A program made the translations under genes and the position numbers. This document shows positions 36,096-47,395 of a stretch of 64,000 nucleotides of DNA, one piece after another. The DNA comes from Plasmodiophora brassicae (taxonomy: Eukaryota): assembly GCA_036867785.1 (NCBI GenBank), contig CP145422.1, positions 744,001-808,000 on the forward strand, given 5' to 3'. A model generated the notes under the pieces. That model searched no databases. It saw nothing but the letters and a program-made list of their open reading frames with translations, and was not told the DNA's origin. The first letter of the stretch is position 1. Every line of letters starts with the position of its first letter.

Positions 36096-38359
36096 ATGAC
36101 GGCGGTGCTGGCGGCGGCGTTCGCGGCGACGATGCCGAGGCGGATCCCGGGCGGCGACTCCGGCGAGCTGGCCGCCTGTGCGTGCGTCTGGACGGTGCCG
36201 CACCCGCCCGGCTGTAAACGCCCGGTCAACAACAACAGCGTTCACTGTCGTTTGTCTAACGTGTTTTCTGCGCAGACCCTTTGTTTACGATGCTGTACGG
36301 GACCTGGCTGTGGGGCCTGCAATCGGTCATGTCGTTGCCGGATGCCCCCGCTGTCCTCATGTCGTCTCTGTCCTGCGCGCTCAGTATCGGGGCTGCCCAT
36401 TTTCTGTTCGACGCGTTGGCACCGGCGTTGGTCGACCCGTGGACGGGCGCGCTCCTGGCCACTGCGTTTGCGTTGTCCCCGGCCGTCTGGGAATACGGCA
36501 TGCAGGTCGAGGTCTTCGCATTGCACAATTTCCTCCTGTCCATGCTGGTCTGGTTCACAGTGCGATGCCTTCGAACGCCGTACCGCCTCCGGGACGTCCT
36601 TTCCGCTGCGTTCGTCTGTGGCCTGGCAATGTCGAACCAGCACACGTCGATTGTGTTTATTGTACCTGTGGCGGCGTCGGTAGTCGTGTACCACTCGCTG
36701 TGGCGCCGTCTACCGTTGATTATCCTCTGTTTCGTCGCGGGCGTCGCTCCGTATGCGTTCCTTCCATTGTCGACTCCGTCTGCCCGGAGCTGGGGCAGGC
36801 ACGACACGCTGGCCGGGTTCCTGGCTCATGTTCTTCGTTCCACCTATGGATCCGCGAAAATGGTGCAGGATCAGAACTCGACTGACATTCGAAAGAATCT
36901 GTCGGAGACAGTCCCTGTGTTCCTTGATCACCTATCCGACACACGGGGCATGTACGTCATCTGCTCGTGCGTCGACACGAAATCGTGTGTAAACCCTCTT
37001 GCTACAGGTTCCTGGTGGCAGTGCTCGCTGCCGTCGGTATGGTCGCCGTTCTGTCCAATCGCCTACCTCGCGACATGCGCATTGCGTCTCGAGTCCTACT
37101 CGCGTCGCTGTTTGCCTATTTGCTCTGCTTTCTGTCCCTCGCGAACATCCCGTTGTCGTCGGCACCGCTCAACGTCGGCGTCATCGCTCGATTCTGGCAA
37201 CAGGCCGACCTGCTGCTCTTCTTCTTCGCCGCCATCGGGGTACGACATGCATTCACTGATCGGTAACGACTAGTGACGACGTCCTGCTTTCCTGTTGAAA
37301 CCCTCTGTTCTTAGGTTGCAGGCACCTGTTGCTGCGGCGATCGTGGCCTTACTGTTCGCAAGCTCCGTCTCAGACCGGTACTATTCCGCTACGGAAGGCA
37401 TTGTCGACACCTTCGGTAGAAGCATTCTGGAGAGTCTCCCAGCGTCGTCCATCGTATTTCTTGGTGGCGACCTCAACATCGCCGTCCTGCGATACCTCCA
37501 AGACTGCGAGCACGTTCGTCCAGACGTCGCTGTCGTCCACCTTCCCTTCATCAGCCAACCGTGGTTTCGACCCGACCTGGTCAGCCCCTGTTATTGCTGT
37601 GTCGTACGCTGGTCTTGTTGATCACGTACCTGCTCTAGATGAACACATTTGTGAAATTTCCACCCGGTAGGCGATACGGCGCCGATCCGTCATCAGAGTA
37701 TCCGATAGGGTCTCTGATTGACATGAACATTGAACGGGCCAACGGGCGCCTATTCCTGTGCGGATCCTTCAGCAAGGGCGACACATCGTACAAGGAACGG
37801 TACAAGCTGCTTCCTTGGGGGATCTGCTTTCGAATTGTTCCCCATAGCTTCCCGACGTCGCTGTCGTTCTACCACAAGGCCAGGGCGGCGTTACCAGCTC
37901 TCCCAGCTTTCGATCCTGCCATTCACGCCCCATCGACCTGGGAGCATGTCGTCTACAAGGACGCCTTCAGCGCCAGACTTGTAACCACCCGCGTTGTTTG
38001 CGTGTCGCGTGGACCGCGATCTGACCTGGACGTTTCAGGACATGTTCCAGTACATCATCGCTGAACCCGGCCTGCTGGACGACAGTGCCCTGCTCAAGGT
38101 CGCCAGGGACGTGGCCAACGAAATCGCCGAACTGCGGTTGACGGTCGGCAAGGGCAGGGTCCTCTCTGCGAATATCCTGTACAACGCCGGCGTGGTCTGC
38201 GCCAGATGGGCGGCAGAGCATCGCGATGACGCAACGGCCAACCAGCAAATGATCCAGTTCTGGCAAGCATACGTCCAGCAGGACCAGGACGCCGACAGGG
38301 CTATCGTTGATGTCGTCCAGTCACGAACGAATCCATTCAGCGGCCAGGTGGTCCCCTAA
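36096..38359 (+). CDS. TMEM260: TMEM260/DUF2723 GT-C protein O-mannosyltransferase-like, multi-exon; start may be 36000
   Basis: GGDSGEL...PHPPG|YPLF, QVEVFALHN, SNQHTS, FLAHVLRSTYG, RFWQQAD and RYLQDCEHVRPDV motifs. Confidence 0.9.
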
Positions 38360-38416
38360 CCTAAACTACGCTCGATGGTTACGGTTTACGAACTATGGGC
38401 CCAAACTGGGACCGGC

Positions 38417-40346
38417 TTAGACGATCTTCCACTGGAAGGTGACGTTCAGGCCGGGGAGCTCCACCGGGACCTGCAGGTCGGGATCGAACCCGGTGACGGC
38501 CGTCCCGGCCTCGATGTCCTGCAGGCTATGCCGCTCCTTGCCCGACAGGTACAAATATCGCTTCGTCACCAGCAACGGCGCAACGAATTGGCCCTTCATA
38601 CCCGTGTCCTGTACAACGCGGTTCTCACCCCGATCCACATGGCCGACCCTGGGTTGCCCCGTTCGAACCTTCATCCCGAAATTGTACGCCGTGCCCAACG
38701 TGACGTTGAACGATGTGACGGTGATCAGGGCGGCGTGGTCAGTTGTCGGGAGGTTGCGAATGAACATAAACAGTTCCGGCCTGGCGCGAAGGTTCCCGAC
38801 CGCACTGCTAGCCGCATTGCGACCATTGGTGATGCGGCCACGCGTCCAGCCCGAGAAATCGTCGATCAGGGAGGACCCCGGGAACCGACCGAGACTGTCG
38901 CGAAGCGATCCTGTCGCCCGCGACGGGTAACGAGCTCGTGGATGCGCTTGCTGCCATTGCCACCAGACGCGATCCACGAAGGCATGGTGCGACCTGCCGA
39001 CGTGTTAAACGCGACGTTACCACTATCGGCGCATGCGATCGGGCCGCCCCGGTACCAGAAGATAGGGTCGTAGGACGCCAACGACACCTACACCAGTGCA
39101 ACGAGTCAGACAATGCCCAATGCCATGGTCGAGTCCCTGTTCGCAAAGCGATCGACCTGTCCCTGTGGTAATGGTTAGGCGACCGACGCCAACTCACCGC
39201 CGCAATGCTGTGTCAACTGACCATCGAGCCGCCAACCTAGGTGTGTGGGGCCGTTCCGTTAGCCGAACGTCGGGCACGCAACGCACAGTCGAATGCTACA
39301 CGTACCGCGCCGTGCAGCGAATTGTGGGCGAATTCCAGGTACTCGGTGAACTCGTCAAAGTCGTCCTCCTGCATGGCCAGGCGGACCGTCGCCGCCAGGC
39401 TGTCCCGATTGATGTTGATCGACGAGCGCCGCGTCGTCATGACGCCGTTGTTCATCGGGGCGCCCAGCAGCGGGTTCCGGCGCCGGGTCCCGCTCGCATC
39501 GACGTACGTCGGCGCCGAGAACGCGCTCGGGAACGGATCCCTCATCCAATCCCAGTACTACACGGTGCATTCAGAGCGCGTCGCACCAGCGACGAAGCGT
39601 CGGACGGTACCGGGATGGGCATGCCGAGCGCCTCCTCCATTCTCGCGATGTATCTCCTGTCATCCATGTCAGTGATGGCGTCGTCGTACGCGCAGCTGGC
39701 CGTACCGGTGCCAAGGAAGGAACGCGGGCGTCAGGTGCCTGTCAAGAAGGGGTCAGTCCGGCATGGAACCCCAATGGACGCCAAGGCGGACGTCGTACGG
39801 GCAGAAGAACCTGGGGACGCCATGGTCCTGTTTGTCGTCGGGTTATTCCGTATGATCGAGCAGATCAGCTGGGCGAGGTTACCTCCGCGATCTGGTTGTA
39901 GGTGCTGCCAGTGCCCCCTTCCATGATACGGCGCATGGCTTCACGGTAGGCGAGCCACTGGGTGTCCGTCAGGCGGGACACTGACAGGCGCGTTGTGATC
40001 GAGGCCGGCTCCTGGCCTTCGGGTCGAACGGCGGGTGAATCGACCCGCTCGGGCGCAGCTGGAGCACGAGTGGGGCGCTCCGTCACCGATCCACCACGAC
40101 ACACGTCGTTGCGGCAGTGGGCGGGCGTTGTCCCACACCTGACAAGGTTCAGGGTTGACGTCGCATAGACGACAGCGACAGGACTGACCAGCCGTACTGG
40201 CTACAGCACTCTCCTGGGCTACAGGCACTGTTGCCAAACTCGGGGCCACAGCGCCCGTCACCGCGGGGGCGTCCGGGGCATTGAGCGGTGACGGCCCCGA
40301 CCAGGCAGATCGACAGCAGGACAAGGCAGCGTCGCGACAGCCCCAT
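38417..40346 (-). CDS. Secreted CBM18 (hevein-type chitin-binding) plus tyrosinase fusion, multi-exon
   Basis: Signal peptide; DGRCGPEFGNSACSPGECCSQYGW|CGTTPAHC; P/T/R linker; DHGVPRFFCP|HLTPAFLPWHR, PYWDW, HNSLH, SYDPIFW and HHAFVDR. Confidence 0.9.
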
Positions 40347-40618
40347 CGTCAAACGCAGCGACCGGTCGACGATGCGAAGTGACCGCGAATACCGGACCGA
40401 ACCAGACGTCGCCTAGCGGACGCCACACGACTGGCATGCTGTGCCGAGCGCCGCTGACGTTACGAAGCCGTTGTTCCTGCCCGGTCGGATACCTGACAAA
40501 TATCTGTGAAGACGAGCAGCCATGCGGCAAGCGGCGTCGGTCCCAATCGGGGCTCTAGAGGGGACGCTGTATAATTAAATGTAGTACGACTACTGGACCA
40601 CCCTACCTACCTAGGAAC

Positions 40619-42991
40619 TTAGGGCAGAGGGGCGATATCCGAGTTGTCCAGCTCAGCGGCCAGGATCAGTGCCTCGATGTTCGTGCATGAGCCCGGACCG
40701 TGTTCCGCATGACGCTCACCTTCTTGGGTGGATGGCGCATGATCCGGCTCCTCGCCTCCTCGCGCAGGCCGGGTCGTCTCGGGGGCCAGGTAGCGGACGT
40801 CGGGCCTCGTCAGCTCGGGGAGCACTGACGAGCTAACGCCGCGAGTTAAACTCGACTTCTCCGTCTCCTGGAATTGCTCGAACTGCTCGGCCGACCAGCT
40901 TCGAATGCGGGAGTTCAGCGTCTCCAATGGGCTCACGTTGCCGGTGAACATGGGCAGCCCGGTCTTCAGCAGCACTGACGTACGCAGGGAGCGGACGCAG
41001 GCGTCCAGCGCGAACTCGACGCAGCATCTCTGCTTGATCATCGCCAGCTTCCGCCACGTATACCTCTCGCCCTCGTTCTTGCAATACAGGTAATGCTCGT
41101 GCGTTGGATTGTCCAGGAGCAGAGTGAACTGGTGACAGGACGGCTCCGGGAACAAAGTGACGTCGCCAACATACGTCTGCGCCACGACGCTCTCCAGGGT
41201 TAGGAACGAGCGCGGGGACAGCACGAGCGAAGCGATGCGGAGGAGCAGGTCTCGTAGCTCGTTACCGAAGAAAAATGTGGCTTTTGCGACCCACGACGAG
41301 CTGGAACGCAGCGACAAATGTGGCTGGACGAACGGGACGACGTGAGGGTTGACTTGCGACACGATGTAATGGTTGACGTTGAACATTTCAGCCAAGCGCC
41401 TCACTGGAAGGTCGGAGTGGACGCTGCCGTCGTAGAAGCTGACTCCCTTCGGGAAGTACCGAGCAATCTTGCCATCGGACTGTTTGCATTTCAGCTCGAC
41501 GGGCTTGAAGATGTACGGGATCGCGCAGCTGGCGCAAACAGCAGACCAAATCTGAACGGACAGTGAGCGCCCACGCCTTGCGACATACACGCCCCCGTAT
41601 CGACTTACGAGCACGTTCGGAGCCGTCAAATAGTTCAACAGCAATGGTTCGCCTTCGCATTCGCTTGATGACGTGACCGCAATGTTAAGAATCCGCCCGG
41701 TGCGGACATACGCCTCCCAGAATGTGAAGTCGCCCACGTTTTCAGTGACGCACGCTTGCATGATGTCCATGTCGAAGAAGTACCCTTCGTGGACAAACCG
41801 CTCCAGTTTCCGCATCACGTTCGATTTACTGGAAGGGAACACGTCCAGGTGCGGGGCGTAATCGCGCGATAGCACAGCCAACTCGGCATCGGTTCGCGTC
41901 CCGACCATGGCAGCAAATATCGACCCAACACTGGAGCCCGAAATGACGCGAGGAAGGACGCCATTGTTGACCAGTGCGGTGATAACACCTGCCGATCGGT
42001 TACCGACCCGCAACTTGGGCGCGAAATGGTTAAGTGCTTACCTGCGTGATACAGCCCCAACGTAGATCCACCGCTAAGAAGAAGCGCTGAACGTCCAAAC
42101 GCGTGCCGTGCCTCAGTGAAGAACGCCAGCTTGCGCATGACCGATATCCCGCTGGTCGTATCATTCGCAACGAAATCGATAGAACGCGCAACCTGATAGG
42201 TATACTCTTCGACCTAATGCGACATGCTATTAGAGACAACGCTCCGCACGTTTCCATGCAGGCAGTTGTTGTTGTACCAAGGTCTTGGTGCCTATGTCAC
42301 GCTCAGACCTGAGTACCCGGTTGGGGCGACAGCGACCTTACCAGATCGAAGGTATTCATACAGCATGGGGTTATCGATGCCCCCCAAGTTCCGCGATAAA
42401 TGAGAACGCAAGAAGTCCATCAGCGGTTCGATGTCGTGCTGCTCATGATACTTGCGAAGCGTGCTCAGGTTATCCCTGATGCGGGCATGGTCGTACAGGT
42501 CGGACTCGTCGACGTCTTTCCACGACAGTCGCCCGGTCAACTGGTCCAGGTCGCAGGCGGCCTGATGCCAGGCCTCGAACGACGTCGCGCGTCTCATTGC
42601 GTTCTTCAGATCCGCGACCTGTTTCTGCAACCAGATCGTCGGGCCCTGTCCCGGGTTTCATCCGCCACGCGAACACGTACAGCGTATGCGCTTCGATGCG
42701 TAACGAACTTCCACAGCCAGTTGAACCGCGCCCTGAGCAGGCCGCGAAGTTTCCTGCATCCGAAATGCACAACGTACAGCATCAGCAGAGCGAGCGAGTG
42801 CCGCGCAATCACCTGCTGGGGATGTCAGCGAGCGCGCGTGGGAATCCCGTTCGGCGACTCCGTACGCGCGCCAGGAGGTCGGGCGCCACGATCCACATCA
42901 GGAACCGGGCGTTGACGGCCAGGACCCGCATGACGATCGCCTTGACCCGCAGGACCCATCCGCGACGCCCGCCCGCCCCGGACCGCAGCAT
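40619..42991 (-). CDS. Patatin-like triacylglycerol lipase (SDP1/TGL3-5 family, DUF3336), multi-exon; start tentative
   Basis: SFEAWHQAACDLD...WK...YD, GRSALLLSGGSTLGLYHAG, ISGSSVG, LLNYLTAPNV, DGS and HYIVSQVNPH motifs. Confidence 0.92.
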
Positions 42992-43178
42992 CGCCGCGCC
43001 GTCGCCGTCGCCGCCGCTGCCTCCACGTTGGCCGAATGATCGAGACACGTCGCCCGCGGACGGTGCGGAACGTGACCGCAACTACTTTCTGCGCGACTCC
43101 ACGACGCGCCGAGATGATCGCCCGGCGCAGGGGAACCATACGTCCGTAATCGTGCATCATTTCAACGTCGTCGGAACG

Positions 43179-43976
43179 TGAGTCATGGATGTGCATCGTC
43201 CACGGAACGGTTCAGGAATCGCTCCGAACAATGGAGATCGCGCGTCTAGTATGGGTGGCGCTGGGCGTTGTTGCCGCAGTATTCTACCTTCGGTCGTGCT
43301 GCATGCAACGGCGGCGCCGGGGGACGACGCCTAGGCGCCCTGTTCTTGCTGCGGATGCACCCACGCTTCTGCACTGCAGAGAACCGCTCCTGTCCGAAAC
43401 AGTCACCCGCCCAGCACGATGCGCCGTGTGAGTACCCGCGTGCGCCCGGCAGTGCTGTCCATCTGCGTCCTGTGCGTTCGGTCTGAACAACAGACCTGCG
43501 AACCTGAAACGTTCAGCTGCCAAAGTCTCTCCGGCAGTTGTTGGCATGCAAGTAAATTGTCGCTGTATCCAACTTGAGCCAGTTCTAGATCAACCTTCTG
43601 TGCTGTCGACTGGGGAACCTTCTGACAATGCCACGAAGCCTGACGCCATTTTCGTCTGTCAGGCAGCATCGTCACTGGCGTGAACGTTATTGACCTGAAT
43701 GCCGTGCCGTCTTGATTAGGTCGTATAGATTGTCGCTGGAGCATGTTGCTGCCCAGGAGCACCCGAGTAGAACGACCGCTATAAGTGCCGCCACAGGCAA
43801 CAAACGCATTGATGGCTTCGCTTTGGCGACCACCCACTGTGCAATGCGCAAGGTACCACTCACGATCACCTCTCGGCCTGCTTGAAATCTCTCGCAACGT
43901 GTCCGTTGGACGCGAGATCCCCATTGGTCGGAGCGATTCCTGAACCGTTCCGTGGATCATGCACATCCATGTCTCA
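43179..43976. mobile_element. ~800-bp segment bounded by 68-bp inverted repeats (MITE-like element or inverted duplication)
   Basis: 43179-43246 matches the reverse complement of 43909-43976 at 62 of 68 positions by manual alignment; no transposase and no obvious target-site duplication. Confidence 0.5.
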
Positions 43977-44059
43977 TCTGAGCGTCTGTATTCGTCCTGC
44001 ATGCATGTTCGGGTATCGTCAATGGCGGTTGGCCCTGGTTTACAGGCGCTTCAGCGTGG

Positions 44060-45475
44060 TTATTCGCTGTACTCAGGGACAGCATGCGTCAGGATTTCAC
44101 CGACTGCGCGCAAGGTGATCGCCTCGGATTGAACGATCGACTGGACGAGGTCTAGAAGCGTGTCGCGGGCGTACTGGTGAAACACGCCCTTGAACTTCCC
44201 TTCGATCAGGGACTCGTCGTAGTCGGGGCTAACGAGGACCTTGACGAAAATCGCGGATAACTGGCGCAAGGTGAGTCGCTCCTCAACAGGAAGGTGCCGC
44301 TGCCAGATGATGACACGGGCGATCAAGTCGGAGATTTCCTTTACCAGGCCTGTGCGACCTTTGTCGAGCTGAGCGAGGTAATATTCCATGCATTTGGTCG
44401 AGCCGCCGGCCAGTGAATCGACGATGTGACTGGGGAATACCGGGTGCCCATGACGGGCGGCATCTTTCAGCCAGGTTAACAGCAGGAACCCAGCAGCACG
44501 TTTCGTGGCGCCATCAAGCGGTTTCGACAAAGTCCCCTGAACTCGGGACGCGAATCCTTTTAAGACATCTGCAACGATACGCTCTGTTTCCTGCCTGTTC
44601 TTCTGCGCCAGCTGTACATCGTCGAATGGGCCGAACAAGCCCACCACTTGACCGGCGACGAAATCGGTTTCCCCATGGCGGATCGTGTTGATCAGAACAC
44701 GAACAACGGGGTGAATAACGTCGTTGTCGAATGCGCTCGAGTAAGGACCATAGACGGGGAACGTCCATGCAGGCATATACACCACACTGTTTGAAGACAC
44801 TTTCCATGGGCTTTGCTGTCGATGGAATCGAAGCAACGCTCCCTGACTGATAGAGCGCTCGTTCATCCGGCCTCCCAGTCCCTGATTCTGCACCGGTCTA
44901 GTGGTGCGCGTCGATCCCTGGAGCTGGACTCGAGGTACAACTTTCGTATGCGACGTCGGTGTCATCAGGCTCGTCTTTGACTTGGTTCCCGCTGTTTCCA
45001 TCGTTCCTTCTCGAATATGCTTCGGAGGGCGCTCTGACGATACCAGTTTCCGACCTGAGCCAGATTTTCTGGAGAATATCAGTTTCCAGTTGGAGATAGA
45101 GGCAAGCCATCCTCGTTTCCTGTCCACCGTAGGACCGGAATGAGACGTCGAGGGCGAGTCGTGCGCGCGTGTCGGCTGCCGAGGCGCCGGTATCACAGGC
45201 GCTAGAGGGCGACCGTCCAGCCACCCGAGCCTCTTTTGAGCTGCTGTAGTGGGCGGTGCTATCAGGAAACGGCCGTCCAGCCATCCGAACTGGCCCAACT
45301 TGGATGGCATTGGGCTAGCGTATGGTGCCTGCAGAGGACGGCTTCTCATGTCTGGGACCGAAAGTGACTTACGAATCACGGAAGAAGTCTTCTGATTCAC
45401 TAGCGTTCGAACAGCAGACACGACAATGTGCAGCAGCACTGCATGGGCGAACCAGTACGACACGAAGCAACGCAT
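44060..45475 (-). CDS. Predicted secreted protein with a disordered basic N-half and a degenerate RhoGAP-like C-terminal domain
   Basis: Signal MRCFVSYWFAHAVLLHIVVSA; IHPVVRVLINTI...GLFG...AAGFLLLTWLKD...HPVFP...LTLRQLSAIFVKVL in RhoGAP order. Confidence 0.6.
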   Translation of the reverse strand: MRCFVSYWFAHAVLLHIVVSAVRTLVNQKTSSVIRKSLSVPDMRSRPLQAPYASPMPSKLGQFGWLDGRFLIAPPTTAAQKRLGWLDGRPLAPVIPAPRQPTRAHDSPSTSHSGPTVDRKRGWLASISNWKLIFSRKSGSGRKLVSSERPPKHIREGTMETAGTKSKTSLMTPTSHTKVVPRVQLQGSTRTTRPVQNQGLGGRMNERSISQGALLRFHRQQSPWKVSSNSVVYMPAWTFPVYGPYSSAFDNDVIHPVVRVLINTIRHGETDFVAGQVVGLFGPFDDVQLAQKNRQETERIVADVLKGFASRVQGTLSKPLDGATKRAAGFLLLTWLKDAARHGHPVFPSHIVDSLAGGSTKCMEYYLAQLDKGRTGLVKEISDLIARVIIWQRHLPVEERLTLRQLSAIFVKVLVSPDYDESLIEGKFKGVFHQYARDTLLDLVQSIVQSEAITLRAVGEILTHAVPEYSE

Positions 45476-46040
45476 GACGAGCGGTGGTGATGCACTAGCC
45501 GACGACGATGTGAATCGTCTGGAACTACCGTACACTGGGGCCAAGTTTTGCGAACACCGCCACGCGCGCGCACGGAGACCCGGACCAACTCAGGTGCCAA
45601 ATATAGACGTTGCGCAGTGCGCAGAGAGAACATTCGGCAAACGAGGGATACGTCGTCGGCTGAGAAGAAGACCCGAACCGATCTGGCGACTTCCGGAACG
45701 GAGTGATGTACACATGCGGCACGACAGGGGCATGCAGGGCTGGACGGTGACGCGAAGCGTTGCCACAGTCCTATCGATTGCTAATGCGCCCTTGATGGCC
45801 TGCTGGGTGCGGATGCTGTGCCGAAGTGTCCGCAGTGACATAACGAACCGGCCATAATCCAGATCCGAATATAAGCAAAAAGAGATGACAATGACGTTCC
45901 AAATGAAGGATTCAGAGTAGTTTCTGAAGCCCGAACACCCAGTATGGCCAGTCATGGCATTAGAACGTACTGTAACATTCATTCGTAAGACACATAGGAA
46001 TTGGCCAATGAGAAACAGCTTGTTCCGATGCGGACGACAT

Positions 46041-47123
46041 CTACACGCTGCCAATGTTGACCTGGGAATTGAGGGCGTTCGTCGCGTGCCGATCGTCGTT
46101 CTGCGTGGCCGAATGCGTTGTCTTCATTTGCGCGTCGGTAACCCTCCCGCCTGTGGTCGACTGATTGTCGAAACCGCTGGTGAAGGCAGCACCACGTGAA
46201 CCCGCCGCGTTCGGGCCCTCTAGCTGGCTAGTCCCAAAGTTGGAACCTTTCATCCAGTTCGACTGCAGGTCGGTAACGGGCCCGTTCGCCATGATGTGGC
46301 TCGACTGGTCGGTGACCTCGCTGTTGGTCAACGAGCTGTGTTGAGTCCCACTTGTGTCGGCTGCCGTCTGCCCTTGCGCCGCCAACGGTGACACGGCCTG
46401 GTTCGAGTTCAGGTTGCTGGTTCCCACATGATCGTGCGTTGCGGCGTGGTTCGCATTGCCATTGAAGTGGTTATCGACGGCGGTGTCCTTGCTGATAACG
46501 TTGGCGCGGTCGCGAGTAGTGGCGAACTCATTGCTGAACTGGCCAGCGGAAGCGCCCAACGGGTTGATAGCGGCTGAGTTCGAGGACGACGCCGCGGCCG
46601 CGCCACGATCAAGACCGTCCTGCTGGAAGTCGAACGAGTCCAAGTCCTGGTGCAGGTTTCGACTTCCCACAGAGCTGTGATGTTTCTGGAACGATGCGGA
46701 CTTGTCGAGCGCGCCGGTCGCTGTTCCAGGGGAGATCGCGGACGCGCTGTTCAGGTTCGCGTTGTTGGTCCCGATCTCATCAACCGCCTCCGAACCTGTT
46801 AGGCCCTGGTTCGCAGAACGTATCGCATTCATGTTCGAGTTCCCATTCGAGAAGGTCGACTTGAAGTCCTTGTTGGATCCACCGAAGGCCGCACCGCCAG
46901 GCAGGATCGAAGAGTCGCTCCCCGCCGAATTAATCTGGTTGCCCTTGGCGAACGCCGCATCTGCCACAGCATTGTTGTTCTGCAGCACGTTACTGGCGGT
47001 GTTCGTGTTGCTCCCGCGATGGTACGCATTGTTGCTGCCGCTGTTCAAGTTGCCCATGCTGACTTGCGCATCGCTGTGCGCCGCCAGAAGAGCGCCCACT
47101 GCGAGCAGGAACACGGTCCTCAT
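46041..47123 (-). CDS. Secreted Asn/Ser/Ala/Gly-rich, Cys-free repetitive protein
   Basis: Signal MRTVFLLAVGALLAAHSDA; single exon with coding-like codon bias; ~57-aa pseudo-repeats. Confidence 0.75.
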   Translation of the reverse strand: MRTVFLLAVGALLAAHSDAQVSMGNLNSGSNNAYHRGSNTNTASNVLQNNNAVADAAFAKGNQINSAGSDSSILPGGAAFGGSNKDFKSTFSNGNSNMNAIRSANQGLTGSEAVDEIGTNNANLNSASAISPGTATGALDKSASFQKHHSSVGSRNLHQDLDSFDFQQDGLDRGAAAASSSNSAAINPLGASAGQFSNEFATTRDRANVISKDTAVDNHFNGNANHAATHDHVGTSNLNSNQAVSPLAAQGQTAADTSGTQHSSLTNSEVTDQSSHIMANGPVTDLQSNWMKGSNFGTSQLEGPNAAGSRGAAFTSGFDNQSTTGGRVTDAQMKTTHSATQNDDRHATNALNSQVNIGSV

Positions 47124-47395
47124 TCGTACGTTGACGATAACGGAGTGGCACCGATCGACGACGACGGCGCCGCCGGAGTCGTCGGCTGCCTCTCCGAGTT
47201 CCGGTATATTTCTGTCGAGGGGACCCTCTCGGCTCCACAAGCAGCCCATCCGATGCGCAAAAGTGCCACGGGCCGAACGCGCCTGCCCATTCACGCCGAA
47301 CGGAAACACTTCATGGTGCGTTCCGAAACCTTCGGGATGCGCCGCTGCAGTCGTTATTTCGTAACTCCGCGGCACGCTTCGATCGACCATCGTCG

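Noticed and set aside
28887-36683. Many long antisense and alternative-frame ORFs (e.g. 33143-35338 +, 31275-32831 +, 28887-30566 -)
   Set aside because: Shadow ORFs caused by extreme GC3 of LRRC9 and tRNase Z; Arg/Pro/Gly-rich translations with no motifs.
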